Positions 28,544 to 38,003 of a stretch of DNA of 64,000 bases are shown here, piece by piece (within the stretch, counting starts at the first letter, position 1; the number at the start of each line of letters is the position of its first letter). Source of the DNA: a virus; IMG/VR virus record IMGVR_UViG_3300043499_000238, positions 32,001 through 96,000 of that record; one strand, 5' to 3'. A program made the position numbers and the translations under genes. The notes under the pieces are model-generated. The model was not told the DNA's origin. It worked only from the letters and a program-made list of their open reading frames with translations, and did no database searches.

Positions 28544-29998
28544 GTGCCGAGGAAGAAGGCCGCAGCAGCGCCAGGACCGATGTCACCGGACGAGCTGCGC
28601 GCCGCATACATCCCCGGCGTGGGGCCGCAGGGATCGATCAACGGCGTCAAGCCGCACCGCACCGCCGCCGGTCGTGAGAAGCAGCGGGCCGCCCGTGAGG
28701 AGATGCACCGCACGATCCCGCAGCAGGAGCTGCCCGAGTCGGGCGAGGCCGTGCGCATGCCCAACCCGAAGTCAGCCAAGTTCCACAAGCCAGCCGTGAT
28801 GAGCGAGGCCGAGTCGGTGCAGGCGGCCAACGCTCGTGCGTCTCGCGCTGCGTGGGAGCAGACGCCCGAGGGCAAGGCGCGCACCGCCAACATGAGCGAC
28901 CTGATGGGCGCCGATGCCAAGGGGATGTCGATCCGCCAGGTGTACGGAGCCAAGAAGGCACCGACGCGCGACCCCGGCCCGGTGACCGGTCAGCTACAGC
29001 TCCCCGGCATGGCCGACCCCCACGCAGCTCCGCGCCCGGCGCGCTGGGAGGAGCTGTCGGAGGCCAACCGCAGCCACGCCCTCAAGGGGCTGGCGCTTCA
29101 CGGCACGAGCATCGAGCAGATGATCGGCGACTATGGAGCGCAGATCGACCAGGCCCACCACCGCGCCTGGCAGGCCGGTGCCGAGCGGCCCTTCTCGCAG
29201 GAGTTCTACAGCGTCGGTGAACCACGCCAGGTGATCAGCCAGTCGGCGCACGAGCTGGGCATCCCCGAGCAGATCCACTCGCACATGAACGCCCTCACGT
29301 CGCCGAACACCAAGTTCAGCCAGCGCACCAAGGAAGGCGAGACGGTCTACCCCAACAACCGCGCCGCCGAGCACGCAGTGCGTCACGTCCAGCAGGGTGG
29401 TGATCCGGCCGACCTGACCAACGCCTTCTCGACCACCGGCATGGAGCGCTGGAAGGGCGAGCACGCCCAGGGCTACGAGAAGAACATGATCAAGGCGGCG
29501 TCGTCGTACCAGCAGCACGAGGCTGGCGTTCCTCCGGCGGAGTGGGTGACCGGCAAGAAGGGCGAGGGTCCGTTCGAGTCATCGCCCAAGACCGGCCCGT
29601 ACTCCAACTCGTGGAACGACTCGCACCCGCAGTTCTTCGTCAGCGACGTGCACTCCGGTGGCGGCGGCTTCCTCCCCCACCTCTCATCGGACAAGCCGGT
29701 GCCGATGGAGGGCGGTCAGATCAAGCGCACCGCCTCGGGCAAGAAGGCGTCGGTGAAGAGCGAGCGCGAGGTCGGCATCGAGCGCACGCCGTTCTTCCAT
29801 GCCGCTGCCGACTACGCAGCGCGCCAGGCGCACGAGGCCCGCGGCATCGCTCACGTACGGGAAGGCCAGGCGGTGCAGTGGGGCGAGGAGCAACTGCAGC
29901 GCGGTGAGGCCGGGATGCGCGGCGCCCCCAAGCAGCGCGACGTCTACCCGGCGGCGGTCAACACCAAGCAGTTCAACCACCCGTCGCTGTTCGACTGA
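28544..29998 (+). CDS. DUF7178-like / HhH-glycosylase-fold-like protein with disordered N-terminus
   Basis: ALTSPNTKF..N, SPKTGPYSNSW, FFVSDVH and QAVQW appear in the order I recall for this family. Confidence 0.5.
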   Translation: MPRKKAAAAPGPMSPDELRAAYIPGVGPQGSINGVKPHRTAAGREKQRAAREEMHRTIPQQELPESGEAVRMPNPKSAKFHKPAVMSEAESVQAANARASRAAWEQTPEGKARTANMSDLMGADAKGMSIRQVYGAKKAPTRDPGPVTGQLQLPGMADPHAAPRPARWEELSEANRSHALKGLALHGTSIEQMIGDYGAQIDQAHHRAWQAGAERPFSQEFYSVGEPRQVISQSAHELGIPEQIHSHMNALTSPNTKFSQRTKEGETVYPNNRAAEHAVRHVQQGGDPADLTNAFSTTGMERWKGEHAQGYEKNMIKAASSYQQHEAGVPPAEWVTGKKGEGPFESSPKTGPYSNSWNDSHPQFFVSDVHSGGGGFLPHLSSDKPVPMEGGQIKRTASGKKASVKSEREVGIERTPFFHAAADYAARQAHEARGIAHVREGQAVQWGEEQLQRGEAGMRGAPKQRDVYPAAVNTKQFNHPSLFD

Positions 29999-30008
29999 GG
30001 AGACCACG

Positions 30009-30200
30009 ATGAGCAACTACGAGAACGAGCGGGAGATGTGGGACGACATCGCCCGCAACGATCGCCCGAGCGGCCGCATGATCCGTCGGGTCGGTGTGCA
30101 CCCCAGCAACTTCGGCAAGGGACCGGCGCTGCAGAAGAACGCGAGCGGAAGTGGGTACCACGTCAAGGGCGCCCCCGGCTTCGAGGACGATCCCGACTGA
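30009..30200 (+). CDS. Small hypothetical protein
   Basis: SD GAGGAG; ORF. Confidence 0.55.
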   Translation: MSNYENEREMWDDIARNDRPSGRMIRRVGVHPSNFGKGPALQKNASGSGYHVKGAPGFEDDPD

Positions 30201-30231
30201 TGGCCAGTTACCACTACCCAAGGGGAAGACA

Positions 30232-30450
30232 ATGAAGCAGCTCGCAACCGTCATGCTCGCCGAGATCATGGACTCGCCGGACTTCGCCGAGATCATGTTC
30301 CTCGTGGCGTTCATCCTGTTCGTCATCGAGGTCGTGCGTCTCGCCGTCGGCCGCGGCTCGGCGTGGGACTTCCACTGGATCCTCGTCGTCGCCGGTCTCG
30401 CCTGCATCTCTCTCGGGCTGCTCGCCCTACCGACCGGCGCAGCACCGTGA
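30232..30450 (+). CDS. Two-TM membrane protein
   Basis: Two hydrophobic helices. Confidence 0.65.
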   Translation: MKQLATVMLAEIMDSPDFAEIMFLVAFILFVIEVVRLAVGRGSAWDFHWILVVAGLACISLGLLALPTGAAP

Positions 30451-30557
30451 CGCCAGCCGTGCTGTCGGCGATCCTCGCTGATGGCATCTATGTCGGCGGC
30501 GGCTTCCTGCTGCTGGTGCTCGTCATCATCCTGATCGTCATCCTGCTGCGGAGATAG
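30447..30557 (+). CDS. 36-aa single-TM peptide
   Basis: GIYVGGGFLLLVLVIILIVILLRR. Confidence 0.6.
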   Translation: MTPAVLSAILADGIYVGGGFLLLVLVIILIVILLRR

Positions 30558-30559
30558 CG

Positions 30560-30775
30560 ATGGCCGCCCACGATCATCTCGGCGCCCAGTTCGGTGTCGG
30601 CGACACCGTGCACGTACCAGGCCACGGGCCGGTCACCGTCGAGTCGATGAACAAGCGCTACTTCTCCGGCACCACGGCGTCCGGTGAGCGTCTCGGTCAG
30701 ACCGGCATCGGTCTGGCCGCCGGGCAGGGGATGCGTGGCGGCACCCCGTGGCGGGTCGAGAGAGGCGCCGAGTAG
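30560..30775 (+). CDS. Small SH3/KOW-like protein with N-terminal DHLGAQF tag
   Basis: FGVGDTVHVPGHGPVTVES beta-rich pattern. Confidence 0.6.
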   Translation: MAAHDHLGAQFGVGDTVHVPGHGPVTVESMNKRYFSGTTASGERLGQTGIGLAAGQGMRGGTPWRVERGAE

Positions 30776-30778
30776 CTC

Positions 30779-31573
30779 GTGACGATCCGAGGCCGTATCT
30801 ACCGAGGGGAGGTGCGCCACGCCGTTCCGACGTACCAGCACCCCGACCCAGCGGCGCATGCGGCCGAGGATCCCGAGGGCTTCCTCCACCAGTGGATGCA
30901 GCCGCACTACCCGTACCCGAAGGGCTGGACCGGCGACGCTCCCACCGTCGGCCAGCACTGGACGCGCTCGCCGCAGAGCATCCCCGAGCGCTTCATCGAG
31001 CCGGTGCTGCTGCGCCCGCAGCCGGGTGTGCCGATGGGCAAGCGTGAGCAGACCGCCGTGATGCGCCGGGAGGCGACCGAGCAGGACACGGGTGGCCCGG
31101 GCTACGGCATGCCCGGCCACGAAGAGCACCAGGAGATGATGCGCAAGTACGCGGCGCATGCCGACCGAGCTGACCGTCAGGGCATCAACACGTACCACGA
31201 TCTCTCCGGCGGCGACCCGGACCGCCCGGGAGCGGCCAAGCCGTACAAGATGGCCGTGGTGTGGGAGGGCCAGCACCATGAAGCTGCCGAGCAAGGCACC
31301 AACTACGAGGACGAGCTGAACATCCCCATGGGTGAGCACGTCACCGTCACTGGTGCGCGCATCTACGTACCGAAGCCAGGCGTGGAGCACGACTTCCGGG
31401 CGCGCCACCCGTCGGTGTTCACGCCCGAGGAGCACGCCCACGCACGGGCCGACGTGATCACTCGATCGGCGTACAGCCACATCGACCCCCACTCGTCTAT
31501 CCCTTGGAGCCGGATCCAGTTCGAGAACGCTCAGCAGCTCAAAGTCGATCGCTACCGGGGAGGGTCGCGCTGA
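30779..31573 (+). CDS. Putative ADP-ribosyltransferase-fold protein
   Basis: IYRG...GQHWTRS...EDEL, the R-S/T-ExE order of ART folds. Confidence 0.5.
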   Translation: MTIRGRIYRGEVRHAVPTYQHPDPAAHAAEDPEGFLHQWMQPHYPYPKGWTGDAPTVGQHWTRSPQSIPERFIEPVLLRPQPGVPMGKREQTAVMRREATEQDTGGPGYGMPGHEEHQEMMRKYAAHADRADRQGINTYHDLSGGDPDRPGAAKPYKMAVVWEGQHHEAAEQGTNYEDELNIPMGEHVTVTGARIYVPKPGVEHDFRARHPSVFTPEEHAHARADVITRSAYSHIDPHSSIPWSRIQFENAQQLKVDRYRGGSR

Positions 31574-31583
31574 GCTACAGTGA

Positions 31584-31910
31584 TCTTGAACGTTGGCGTG
31601 AAGAAGGGGACGAGTTATGCGACAACCGGCTCGCCCTGGAGTAGTCGCTGACGACGGGGTCGGGCCGCAGGCACGCAGGTCCGGTTGGTCCGACCCCGAC
31701 CATTCGATGGAGGGCACGTACTGGTGATCTCGATCGGTGCTGGTGAAGCACGGGCACTTGCCCCTGACGCTTTCCTTGGATGCGACGTACAGCCTTCTGG
31801 TTCGCCGGACTGGCCGAGGCGGGACACCATGGTCTGTCGTTCAGGGAGAGAGACCCGGATGGATCCAGAGACCGACGAGGGCATCGGGTAGGCGTTCACG
31901 GACGTTGAGA
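31584..31910 (+). ncRNA. Candidate large structured non-coding RNA (about 325 nt)
   Basis: -10 TACAGT at 31576-31581; 5' and 3' ends complementary; at least six internal helices, a UUCG loop and a possible pseudoknot; no credible ORF in an otherwise gene-dense region. Confidence 0.6.
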
Positions 31911-31936
31911 AGTGCGGGGGGACCGTGATCCTCCCA

Positions 31937-32197
31937 ATGCGGCGACGTGCCCTCCCTCAATCCAGCGAGCAGTACGGTTGGTCCATGGCCAAGCACGAGC
32001 ACATGACGCCGGTCGACGCCGTCACCCACGCCGCGCTCATCGGGCACTTGATCCGCGGCACGGTGGTCGAGGGCAAGAGCTTCGTGGAGGCACACGCCGA
32101 TGCCCGCAAGGCTGTTGGCGCCGGAGCGGAGAGCCACGTCCGTCACGCCGGTCCTGCGATCGATGAGGCGCTCTACCCGTCGTGGGCGCAGCCATAG
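31937..32197 (+). CDS. Small His-rich hypothetical protein
   Basis: ORF track. Confidence 0.55.
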   Translation: MRRRALPQSSEQYGWSMAKHEHMTPVDAVTHAALIGHLIRGTVVEGKSFVEAHADARKAVGAGAESHVRHAGPAIDEALYPSWAQP

Positions 32198-32233
32198 CTC
32201 CCCCGTGATCGGGGCCAGATCTACGCTGGGGCC

Positions 32234-32701
32234 ATGACGACCCCTGCTCCCGTCCTCACGATCACGCCCGCCTCCGTGAACCGGACGGCCGCCGATCTCA
32301 CCCCCACCGTGAACCTCGCCGACACGGCGACGCACACGCCCGTCGCCACCGGCCGCTCGTTCCGGTTCGACGCCGTTGCCGTGAAGGCGACCGTCGGCGC
32401 TACCGGAGCAGGCATCTCCTCCGCAGTGCCGTACCCCGTCAACCTTGCCGCCGGTACTCGCCAGGGCAGCGTCGCCACGACGAATACCGACGGCACCGGC
32501 ACGAGCGCCAACGTTGCGCTCACCGTGACCGACGCAGTCGCCACGCAGTACGCCACGCCGGTCTACGTCGAGAACAACAAGAACGTCAGCCGCTGGTTGC
32601 CCGAGCAGCTCCCCAACGAGTACCGCGACCCCACGCTGTCGACGCCGGGGCTGCCCACGGCGACGGGCGTGTACAACGCCCGTACCCGCGGCGTCATCTG
32701 A
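32234..32701 (+). CDS. Thr/Ala/Val-rich beta protein, probably virion structural or decoration
   Basis: Ig-like composition; leaderless TACGCT-6 nt-ATG. Confidence 0.55.
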   Translation: MTTPAPVLTITPASVNRTAADLTPTVNLADTATHTPVATGRSFRFDAVAVKATVGATGAGISSAVPYPVNLAAGTRQGSVATTNTDGTGTSANVALTVTDAVATQYATPVYVENNKNVSRWLPEQLPNEYRDPTLSTPGLPTATGVYNARTRGVI

Positions 32702-32702
32702 C

Positions 32703-33800
32703 GTGCCTCGGGTGGCCGAGCCACCTGGGCAGGCTGGGTCCACCCGTCTAGCCCGCGAGCACGTCGACCGTACGCGCGACCTGACAGCAGCGGCCGCTGC
32801 GCCGGGCGACACCAACGCTGCTGTCGACGCTCACCAGCACGCCGTCAGTCGTGTGCAGGACCACGCCGGGCGCATGGGCGTCAACCTCGTTGACCTCCCG
32901 CCGATGAACCCCAAGCCGTTGCGGCCGGGACAGGTGAGCCAAGGCACGCTGTGGGACTCCCGCTCGATGAAGCCGTCGCCGGAGCACCAGTGGGCGGCGC
33001 ACGGCTACTCCCCCGAGCGCCGCGACGCCATCGCCGCCGCGATCCCCAAGGTGGGTGTCTCGTCTTCCTTCTCGTACCCCGGCGGTAGCACGGGCGTGCC
33101 GTACACGGGCGAGGTCACTGGCGGTGTGTATCCGGCGATCGGTCAAGTCGGCGGCAAGCGCAAGAACCAGGTGGCTGCGACACGCAACTCGGTGGTCGAC
33201 ATCCTCGCTCGATCGACGGCGCCGTTGGGCGACATCGTCAACGCCACGCCGGACATCAAGGTGCAGCCGATGGCGAGAGCGGCCGGTCAGCACCGCACGA
33301 AGATGCGCGGGTGGGAGGACGAGCCGTTCGTCCGTGAGATCAAGCTCCACCCCGGTGGCGGCCCGGCGCGCACCCGTGCCCAGGTCGAGCACACCGTGCT
33401 CCACGAGTTCGGGCACAACGTCGACTTCGAGCGTGACCGTAAAGCCTTCACCACCAACGCACGATTCAACCTCCCGGCGGTGGAGGGGTTCGCCGAGGGC
33501 TACGCCGCCAAGCACCGGGTGGGGCGGCGCAACGAGCCACCCGTTCCGTACTCCGGCGTTGCCGCCTACAAGAGCATGCACGGTCGCTCCTCGTTCGGTG
33601 AGAACTTCGAGCGTGCAAGCGGGCGATCGCTCCCTCAGGCGATGGGTGCGCAGAAGCATCTCGGTGAGCAGTGGTCGCAGGGCAAGCTCTTCACCGGATC
33701 GAGCGAGACCGGTTTCGTCAAGGATGAGAACGAGCCACTCCCCACGATCTCGAATGCCGAGTGGGACCACCTCACCGGGCGCAACCGTGCCCGCCGTTGA
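32703..33800 (+). CDS. Zincin-like metallopeptidase (HExxH)
   Basis: VLHEFGH followed by VEGFAEGYA (third-ligand Glu). Confidence 0.7.
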   Translation: MPRVAEPPGQAGSTRLAREHVDRTRDLTAAAAAPGDTNAAVDAHQHAVSRVQDHAGRMGVNLVDLPPMNPKPLRPGQVSQGTLWDSRSMKPSPEHQWAAHGYSPERRDAIAAAIPKVGVSSSFSYPGGSTGVPYTGEVTGGVYPAIGQVGGKRKNQVAATRNSVVDILARSTAPLGDIVNATPDIKVQPMARAAGQHRTKMRGWEDEPFVREIKLHPGGGPARTRAQVEHTVLHEFGHNVDFERDRKAFTTNARFNLPAVEGFAEGYAAKHRVGRRNEPPVPYSGVAAYKSMHGRSSFGENFERASGRSLPQAMGAQKHLGEQWSQGKLFTGSSETGFVKDENEPLPTISNAEWDHLTGRNRARR

Positions 33801-34101
33801 CCATCTCAACGGCGAGCTGTTCCACGGCACCGCTCACCCGTTCGAGCCGGGCGACATCGTCAGCCCCACCGACACCGAGCACACCGAGTTCCCGACGGCG
33901 TGGGCGACACCACGGATGGACGAGGCCAACCAGATCGCACGGGCCAAGGTGCGTCGGCACAACCGTCGCAACCCCGACGACCCAGCCACCGAGCACGTCT
34001 TCGCCGTCGAGCACATGAGCAAGCCGGTCGATGTGTGGGGACGAGCCAACGTCGCCGCAGACCCCGTTGGCTTCCGCGTACTACGTAGGGTTGGTCCGTG
34101 A
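33787..34101 (+). CDS. Arr-like ADP-ribosyltransferase domain protein
   Basis: LFHGTAHPFEPGDIVSP...WAT...VFAVE resembles the Arr N-terminal H-G-T...PGD motif; GTG start at 33787. Confidence 0.6.
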   Translation: MPAVDHLNGELFHGTAHPFEPGDIVSPTDTEHTEFPTAWATPRMDEANQIARAKVRRHNRRNPDDPATEHVFAVEHMSKPVDVWGRANVAADPVGFRVLRRVGP

Positions 34102-35789
34102 GCATCGCCTTCTGGCCTCCGAGCTACCGCGCCGGTACCTCGGACCTTGCCATCCAGATCTCGCCGCTCGGCCTGGTCGACCTCAGCAACGAGGAGATGG
34201 AGGTCCACGGCATCCGCCTCAGCAGGTACTCGCTCTACTGGGCGCACTACCTCGGCCACCACTGGGCGTACCGCCGTGAGGTCGGCGAGCCGCAGTTCAC
34301 GTTCAACTACGTGCGGGCACTGAGCGACTACCTCACGAACTTCACCTTCGGCCGTGGCGTCACCTTCCAGTCGCCGCCAGCGACCGCCGCCATCGTGCCC
34401 ACACTCCTCAAGCGAGTGTGGGAGGGCGACAACCGCAAGGCCGCACTGCTGTGGGAGATGGGACAGATCGCCTCGGTAACCGGCGACCTCTTCGTCAAGG
34501 TGGCGTACGAAGACCCGTTCGTTGACCCGGCGGGACGGGTCCATCCTGGCCGGGTTCGGATACTCCCTCTGAACCCGGCCAACTGCTTCCCGCAATGGCA
34601 CGAGCACGACCGCACACGGCTGCTCAGCTTCAAGCTCAAGTATCGCTTCTTCTCCACCGACCAGACCGGCACGCGCATCGTCAATACCTACGTCGAGCGC
34701 GTCACCGACAACGGCATCGAGGAGTACGTCAACGACGAGCTGATCTCGGCCCGCCCCAACCCGCTGGGCGTGATCCCGATCGTCTACATCCCCAACATCA
34801 TGGTGAGCGGCTCACCGTGGGGACTGAGCGACATCGGCGAGGTGATCCCGCTCAACCGTGAGTACAACGAGAAGGCGATCGAGATCTCCGACATCGTCAA
34901 CTACCACTCCGCTCCCGTCACGGTGATCACCGGGGCCAAGGTGCCGCAGTTGGAGAAGGGTGCGCGCAAGACGTGGTTCCTGCCCAAGGACGCCAAGGTC
35001 GAGACTCTGCAGTCCACCTGGCAGCTAGAGCACATGCTCGGCTACATGGAGGTCGTCAAGCGGGGCATGCACGAGATGACCGGCGTGCCGGAGCAAGCGC
35101 TCGGGCAGGTGCAGCCGATCAGCAACACCAGCGGCGTGGCGTTGGCGATCCAGTACGCGCCAACGATGCAGCGCTTCCGCATGAAGAAGAACAACTTCGA
35201 GACGGGCTTCCAACAGATCAACGAGCTGGTGCTCTTGACGCTGTTCCAGAAGGAACCCATGTCGATGCAGTTCAACCCCATGGAGGATCTCGCCCCCAAG
35301 CCGGGACAGCTCACAGCGCTCGATCCCGCTGACCCCAACAGCTACGAGACGTCGGTCTACTGGCCCGAGCCACTGCCGGTCGACGTGCTCGTCAAGCTCA
35401 ACGAGATCGCACAGAAGATGCAGCTCGGCATCGAGTCCAAGCGCGGTGCGCTCGCCGACCTCGGTGAGGAGTTCCCCGACGCCAAGCTCGCCGAGATCTT
35501 CGCTGAGATCCTCGAAGACTCCAAGGATCAGGGTGCGTTGCAGCTCCAGAACAGCGCCATCCAGTCGGCGATCGTTGCGCTCACCGGCATGGTGCCCCAG
35601 GGCGGCGAGGTGGCCGACACCGGACAGCAGGGTGCCGACAGCGGCTCGCCTGACGCTGGTGGTACCGGCATCATGCCTGGTCTCGTGCTCGATCAGAACA
35701 CGATGAACCTCATGAACGAGCTGACGACTCGGGCGTACCTGCCTCGCATGGGACAGTTCAGGAATCCCTCCAACGCAGGCATCGAGTAG
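34098..35789 (+). CDS. Portal protein (SPP1 gp6-like)
   Basis: 563 aa; NPLGVIPIVYIPN, GLSDI and SGVAL motifs; position before scaffold and capsid. Confidence 0.9.
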   Translation: MSIAFWPPSYRAGTSDLAIQISPLGLVDLSNEEMEVHGIRLSRYSLYWAHYLGHHWAYRREVGEPQFTFNYVRALSDYLTNFTFGRGVTFQSPPATAAIVPTLLKRVWEGDNRKAALLWEMGQIASVTGDLFVKVAYEDPFVDPAGRVHPGRVRILPLNPANCFPQWHEHDRTRLLSFKLKYRFFSTDQTGTRIVNTYVERVTDNGIEEYVNDELISARPNPLGVIPIVYIPNIMVSGSPWGLSDIGEVIPLNREYNEKAIEISDIVNYHSAPVTVITGAKVPQLEKGARKTWFLPKDAKVETLQSTWQLEHMLGYMEVVKRGMHEMTGVPEQALGQVQPISNTSGVALAIQYAPTMQRFRMKKNNFETGFQQINELVLLTLFQKEPMSMQFNPMEDLAPKPGQLTALDPADPNSYETSVYWPEPLPVDVLVKLNEIAQKMQLGIESKRGALADLGEEFPDAKLAEIFAEILEDSKDQGALQLQNSAIQSAIVALTGMVPQGGEVADTGQQGADSGSPDAGGTGIMPGLVLDQNTMNLMNELTTRAYLPRMGQFRNPSNAGIE

Positions 35790-35859
35790 CGTTCGACCTC
35801 TTCACGCTGGGTAGATAACCTCTACTGGCACAACGTCGAACCACCGCCGGAGGCTTTCA

Positions 35860-36717
35860 ATGTCGGACAGCAACACCATCCAGGTCGATCAGACGGGTGG
35901 GCAGCCCGCCAACAGCACAGGTGGTGCCAATCCGCTCAGTACCGGCAACGGCTTCCTCACTGGTGTGCAGCCCGCTGCACAGCCGGGGAGTGTGACGCAG
36001 ACCAACCCGCAGGGTCTGTCGGCGGCCGAGCTGGCGTTGGTTCAGCAGCACGCCGCCCAGGCTGCTCAGGCCGCCGTCGCACCGCAGGGCGAGACGCTCG
36101 CCGAGATGCAACAGCGCATGGCCGCCATGCAGACCGAGCTGGACGCCGCCCGTACCGCTCGTGAAGCGTCCGAGGCCGAGGCCGCTGCTGCCGAGCAGGC
36201 CCGCCTCGATGCCGAGCGTGCCGCCGCCGAGAGCACCATGTCGGCCACCGAGCTGGTCGGTCAGGTGCGTGCCGAGATGCAGGCCGAGTTCGCCGCGATC
36301 CAAGAGCGCGCCGCCGCCAGCGAGGCGCTGCTCGAACGTGAGCGTCGGTACAGCGCACTGCAGGACTACAAGGCGCAGCGTCTCGCCGACCCCGAGATCG
36401 CCGCCGCCGTGATGCCGCACCTCCACCCGTACATCGTTGGTGGCAGCGAGCAGGAGATCGAGGAAGCGATCGCTCGGGCGGCGCAGACGTCCAGCAGCAT
36501 CGTGGCCGAGTTCCAGCAGTACCAGCAGCAGTACCGCCAGCAGGCACCCGGCGTGTCGCCGACGGCGCCGACGACCGGCCCGCTGGAGCAGCAGCAGTCG
36601 ACGCGCCCGATGAGCGCACAGGAGATCGCGGCGCTCCCCGACGCCGAGTACGCACGGCTGCGGCCACAGTTGCTGCGCGCTGCGGGACAGCAGTTCCGCG
36701 CCCAGCGCGGAGGCTGA
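35860..36717 (+). CDS. Capsid scaffolding protein
   Basis: Ala/Glu/Gln coiled-coil protein between portal and major capsid. Confidence 0.8.
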   Translation: MSDSNTIQVDQTGGQPANSTGGANPLSTGNGFLTGVQPAAQPGSVTQTNPQGLSAAELALVQQHAAQAAQAAVAPQGETLAEMQQRMAAMQTELDAARTAREASEAEAAAAEQARLDAERAAAESTMSATELVGQVRAEMQAEFAAIQERAAASEALLERERRYSALQDYKAQRLADPEIAAAVMPHLHPYIVGGSEQEIEEAIARAAQTSSSIVAEFQQYQQQYRQQAPGVSPTAPTTGPLEQQQSTRPMSAQEIAALPDAEYARLRPQLLRAAGQQFRAQRGG

Positions 36718-36803
36718 TAGCTCCCGTCGTACGAAAGGGTCGAACTACTGTCTCTTGTAGGTCAGCAGCTCGTCTGATCGTCGCGACCTTCAAGGAGTAA
36801 CTC

Positions 36804-37931
36804 ATGCCCGATATCTCAGGTGGCATCTCGGGTACTGGCAACCTGTACTCGGGTGTGTCCGGTGGATCCAACCCGGCTGCCGTCCCGGTTGGTGGTGCCT
36901 TCCTCGGGGTGCAAGTGCCACCCGCCCCCAGCGGTCTCGTGACCCAGGGCTATCCGCAGGGGACGGCGATCACCGGCTCCACGACGATGACCCCCGCGGT
37001 CCAGACGATCTGGTCCAAGGAGATCCTCTTCCAGGCGATGCCCATCCTGAGGTTCGAGCAGTTCGCGGTCAAGAAGACCGAGCTGGGCGTCACCCCCGGC
37101 CTGACCGTGAACTTCATGAAGTACAACAACCTTGACGTCGACAGCGTCAACGGTGCGACCCTCACCGAAGGCATCCGCATGAGCACTCGTGCGCTGTCGG
37201 CCTTCCAGTTCCGCATCACGGTCGCCGAGCAGGGCACCGCCGTCGCCGTCTCCGAGCTGCTGCTGCACGCCTCGTTCGATGACGTGATGGCCTCGGCCTC
37301 TCGCCTGCTCGGGCGCCACATGGCGCAGTCGATGGACTACCAGGCCCGCAACACGCTGATGCTGGCGCCGGGGTCCGAGGTCTACGGCTACGACGACGCC
37401 GCCCCCTGGCAGGGCGCCTCGACCAACATCTACGAGCCGGGCACCAAGGCGGCCAACGCCGCCGCAGTGACCGGCGCCGTGGCCGCCACCAACAAGTACT
37501 ACCTCACCCCGCACACGGTGAAGGACGCAGTGCAGGCGCTGGCGTCGCTCAACATCCCCCGCCTCGGCGAGACGTACGTCATGTTCGCCCACCCGGCGCA
37601 GGCCCGCCGGTTGCGTGACTCCCCCGAGTTCATCGAGGTCACGAAGTACGCCGCCCCCGGCAACTTCATGCTCGGCGAGATCGGCCGCCTGTGGGACGTC
37701 GTCATCATCGAGACCACGCAGGTCAACTACGCCGCTGCGGGTGCGGGCAACAACTACTACGACGGGATCATGATCGGCGACAACGCCTTCGGTCACGCCG
37801 TGTCGTTGCCGGTCGAGCTTCGCGATGGCGGAGTCCTCGACTTCGGGCGTGAGCACGCTCTGGCGTGGTACGCCATTTGGGGTTGGGGTTCGATCACGCC
37901 GCAGGCCGTGGTCCGCGTCCTGACGAACTGA
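36804..37931 (+). CDS. Major capsid protein (N4-gp56-like, HK97 fold)
   Basis: LTEG, YVMFAHPAQ..LR and GEIGRLWDV motifs; strong SD; own -10 (TACTGT 36746); downstream terminator. Confidence 0.92.
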   Translation: MPDISGGISGTGNLYSGVSGGSNPAAVPVGGAFLGVQVPPAPSGLVTQGYPQGTAITGSTTMTPAVQTIWSKEILFQAMPILRFEQFAVKKTELGVTPGLTVNFMKYNNLDVDSVNGATLTEGIRMSTRALSAFQFRITVAEQGTAVAVSELLLHASFDDVMASASRLLGRHMAQSMDYQARNTLMLAPGSEVYGYDDAAPWQGASTNIYEPGTKAANAAAVTGAVAATNKYYLTPHTVKDAVQALASLNIPRLGETYVMFAHPAQARRLRDSPEFIEVTKYAAPGNFMLGEIGRLWDVVIIETTQVNYAAAGAGNNYYDGIMIGDNAFGHAVSLPVELRDGGVLDFGREHALAWYAIWGWGSITPQAVVRVLTN

Positions 37932-37958
37932 ACCCCTACCAAGCCCTCAGGGGTTGAG

Positions 37959-37988
37959 GACGGAGCGCCCCTTCGGGGGCGCTCTGTC
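37959..37988 (+). terminator. Terminator hairpin after the major capsid gene
   Basis: GACGGAGCGCCCC-TTCG-GGGGCGCTCTGTC. Confidence 0.75.
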
Positions 37989-38003
37989 GCGTACCGTGGA
38001 GGT

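Noticed and set aside
31584-31910. tmRNA, RNase P RNA, tRNA cluster or group I intron
   Set aside because: No tRNA-like acceptor or T-arm ends, no GAGGAAAGTCC, and it does not interrupt a gene.
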